Assembly (NCBI GenBank): GCA_023249795.1
Contig: JAHFBU010000001.1
Location: forward strand, 1-38,499
DNA: 38,499 nt
Source of the DNA: Syntrophaceae bacterium
GTDB taxonomy: Bacteria > Desulfobacterota > Syntrophia > Syntrophales > UBA5619
Reading direction: 5' to 3'
Shown one piece after another: positions 36,700-38,499 of this stretch. A model generated the notes under the pieces. The model was not told the DNA's origin. It saw only the letters and a list, made by a program, of their open reading frames with translations, and ran no database searches. Both the position numbers and the translations under genes were made by a program. How positions within the stretch are numbered: position 1 is the first letter of the stretch; the number at the start of each line of letters is the position of its first letter.

Positions 36700-38250
36700 T
36701 TAGAATTTAAGCTCCATCCCCAGTGAATAGATCTCCCGCTTATAGTCGTAGGCGTAGATGTTGGAATTCACCCGCGTATAGAGGTACTGGGCGGTCACGT
36801 CCATCTGCTTGAAGATCGTCCAGGTCAGGCCGACCGTTCCCGTGTAGGTGCGGTCCTTGCGGACCGCGTTGTCGAAGATAAGGTTTTCGTTATTGTAATC
36901 CTGCAGATAGAGATCGCCTCCCAACTGGAGCCGCAGCTTGTCCCGAAGCGGATAGATCAGGCCGGCCGAAAAACGGTAGCCCTGGTTGTCGTAATTGCGG
37001 CCCTCGGCATTGTCCCTGGTGTAGCCGACCTTCAGGTTTAAGAGGGCGTTCTCCCGGAAGAACCAGATCCCGTTCAGGGAGCCGTCCAGTCCCCGTGAAG
37101 ACTGGTCCTCGTTTGCGGGATCGGGGACCGCGAGGAAATAATTCTTTCTCACGAAGGCAAGGCTGGCCTCGAGAATGCGATTATTGCTCAGAAGATAGCG
37201 GAACAGGGGGCCGACGCTGGCGCTTTCGGAATAGCGGTTATAACCGGGATCGCGCTTCAGATTGTGGGTGTAGTTGGCCACCAGGTTGACGGCGAATTTC
37301 TCGAAACTGACCCCCGGCGCCATTGTGAAGGAGTTGGAGAAGGTATCGTTGTCGGTGCCGTATCGCTGATGGAGCGCATTCGCGGCTGCATATCCGGCCG
37401 TGAAGATGAAGGGTGCGCGGAGGACGGGCACATAGTCAAGCCGGACGACGTTCTGCATCACCAGGCTCTGCCTGTCCTGGCTCTCCAGGTAATGGGTCAT
37501 GGCTGCGGGGGCTTGGGCGTAGGGTTCTGCCAGAGTCCTGTAGTTGGAGTCGTACTGAGCGGTTACGTCGATCGTCACCCGAAGCGGCCGCTCGATGTAT
37601 TGCCAATGCTCCGCGGCATCCTGATAGCGCCGCGCGTAGGAGGCCATGTCGGAAAGGGGGTCTTGCGTCACCGCCGCCTGGAAACGATTCCGGGCCAGTT
37701 TGAATTTACGCTGGTTCATATAGCAGATGCCGGTCTGGAGATCGGCGGACTGGGTATAGGCAGGATCGAGCTGCTTGCATTTTTCGAACGCGGCGACGGC
37801 CTCGTCGTATTTCGCCTGCTTCGCGAGCAACGTTCCCTTGAGAAAGGCGACGCGGGCCGGGTAGACCTTGTGCTCTTCGGCAACGCCGATCCACTTGCTG
37901 GCGGTATCGAACTTGTCCAGCAAAGTCGCCGCCTCGATAAATTCGAGGATCGCGTTGTCCGAAAGGGGCCTGAGGGCCACGGCATCCTCGAACTGCTTGT
38001 AGGCGTCCTGGATGTCATTGGCCTGACGGTAGGCCATGCCGAGATAGAAGGCCGCTTCAGCCGAAGCCGGATCTTCCCCCCGCGCCTTGGCCAGCGCCAC
38101 GATGGCCTCTTCAAGATTTTCCTGGTTATAGAGCGCGATCCCCTCCTTCAGGGAATCCGACCTCTGAGCGAAGGCCGGCGTGGGCAACGCGGGGAATATA
38201 ACAACAGCGATAACAAAGACAAAAACGGATAGAATAGCGAATTTTCTCAT
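36700..38250 (-). CDS. Outer-membrane protein: N-terminal TPR-like domain plus C-terminal beta-barrel (Slam/DUF560-like architecture, unverified)
   Basis: About 516 aa from MRKFAILSVFVFVIAVVIFPALPTPAFA|Q. RBS AAAGGA lies upstream of the ATG at 38250; the track ORF starts at 38295. About 200 aa of TPR-like helical repeats (AAFYLGMAYRQANDIQDAYKQFEDAV..., AFLKGTLLAKQAKYDEAVAAFEKCKQLDP). Then about 290 aa of alternating-pattern beta strands rich in Y/N/R/D, ending ...YSLGMELKF with a C-terminal Phe. Confidence 0.8.
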   Translation of the reverse strand: MRKFAILSVFVFVIAVVIFPALPTPAFAQRSDSLKEGIALYNQENLEEAIVALAKARGEDPASAEAAFYLGMAYRQANDIQDAYKQFEDAVALRPLSDNAILEFIEAATLLDKFDTASKWIGVAEEHKVYPARVAFLKGTLLAKQAKYDEAVAAFEKCKQLDPAYTQSADLQTGICYMNQRKFKLARNRFQAAVTQDPLSDMASYARRYQDAAEHWQYIERPLRVTIDVTAQYDSNYRTLAEPYAQAPAAMTHYLESQDRQSLVMQNVVRLDYVPVLRAPFIFTAGYAAANALHQRYGTDNDTFSNSFTMAPGVSFEKFAVNLVANYTHNLKRDPGYNRYSESASVGPLFRYLLSNNRILEASLAFVRKNYFLAVPDPANEDQSSRGLDGSLNGIWFFRENALLNLKVGYTRDNAEGRNYDNQGYRFSAGLIYPLRDKLRLQLGGDLYLQDYNNENLIFDNAVRKDRTYTGTVGLTWTIFKQMDVTAQYLYTRVNSNIYAYDYKREIYSLGMELKF

Positions 38251-38499
38251 GATTTGTCCTTTCTGTGGCGGGTTTGGCCGGACCGCTTGGTGCAAGACGC
38301 CGAAAGAAAACTGAAAACAAGAGATGACTGCCGAATTGCAGGCACGACCTCCCAGGCAAAAAAATAATGTTGGATGTTTGATAAATAATGGGGCGAACCG
38401 GCGCGAAAAGTCAAGAAAAAAGTACTTATACCGTCATGAGGGACGCGGCTGAAAGGATGAGACGCAGTTGCATTGGACAATCACATCATTCCGTATTTT

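Noticed and set aside
30000-38232. Multiple 60-385-aa ORFs on both strands inside the giant gene and the OMP gene (for example 34778-35935 +, 31271-32164 +, 37264-38232 +, 33609-34133 -)
   Set aside because: They are alternative-frame or antisense ORFs within two long, internally consistent reading frames. Their Arg/Gly/Pro-rich composition and lack of signals argue against coding.
38300-38345. Possible sigma54 promoter upstream of the OMP gene (GGCACG and TTGCA on the plus strand)
   Set aside because: The elements are in the wrong order and orientation for the minus-strand gene, and they abut one another without the N4 spacing.

Overview
This is a GC-rich (roughly 55-60% by eye) chromosomal segment from a Gram-negative bacterium. 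The gene content and composition suggest a Desulfobacterota or delta-proteobacterial type anaerobe, but that is an inference. It spans the replication-origin neighbourhood. On the minus strand a compact block runs rsmG-parA-parB-dnaA-dnaN-gyrB-gyrA-(patatin lipoprotein), with DnaA boxes upstream of dnaA and an AT-rich, box-bearing dnaA-dnaN spacer as the candidate oriC. To the left are plsC (partial), ftsK, rimO, a pyruvoyl arginine decarboxylase, a Lys/Ala-repeat histone-H1-like protein, a secreted transglutaminase-like protein and a pyruvate-kinase-C-domain-like protein. To the right are trmJ, then an LPS-core cluster (Fe-ADH, DegT-type aminotransferase, hldD, kdsB, acyltransferase) that resembles the Shewanella Kdo8N (KdnB/KdnA) arrangement. 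An ilvB-ilvN-ilvC operon follows, for which I found an unannotated 29-aa Leu/Val/Ile-rich leader peptide and a double-terminator attenuator. The most unusual content is at the right end. A TPR plus beta-barrel outer-membrane protein sits directly upstream of a 2267-aa secreted protein. That protein has an N-terminal FecR domain, a proline-rich linker and two about 800-aa paralogous modules of unknown function. This pair is a candidate uncharacterised outer-membrane secretion or surface system. I saw no rRNA, tRNA, CRISPR array or mobile element. Many long ORFs in the track are antisense artefacts of GC-rich coding DNA.
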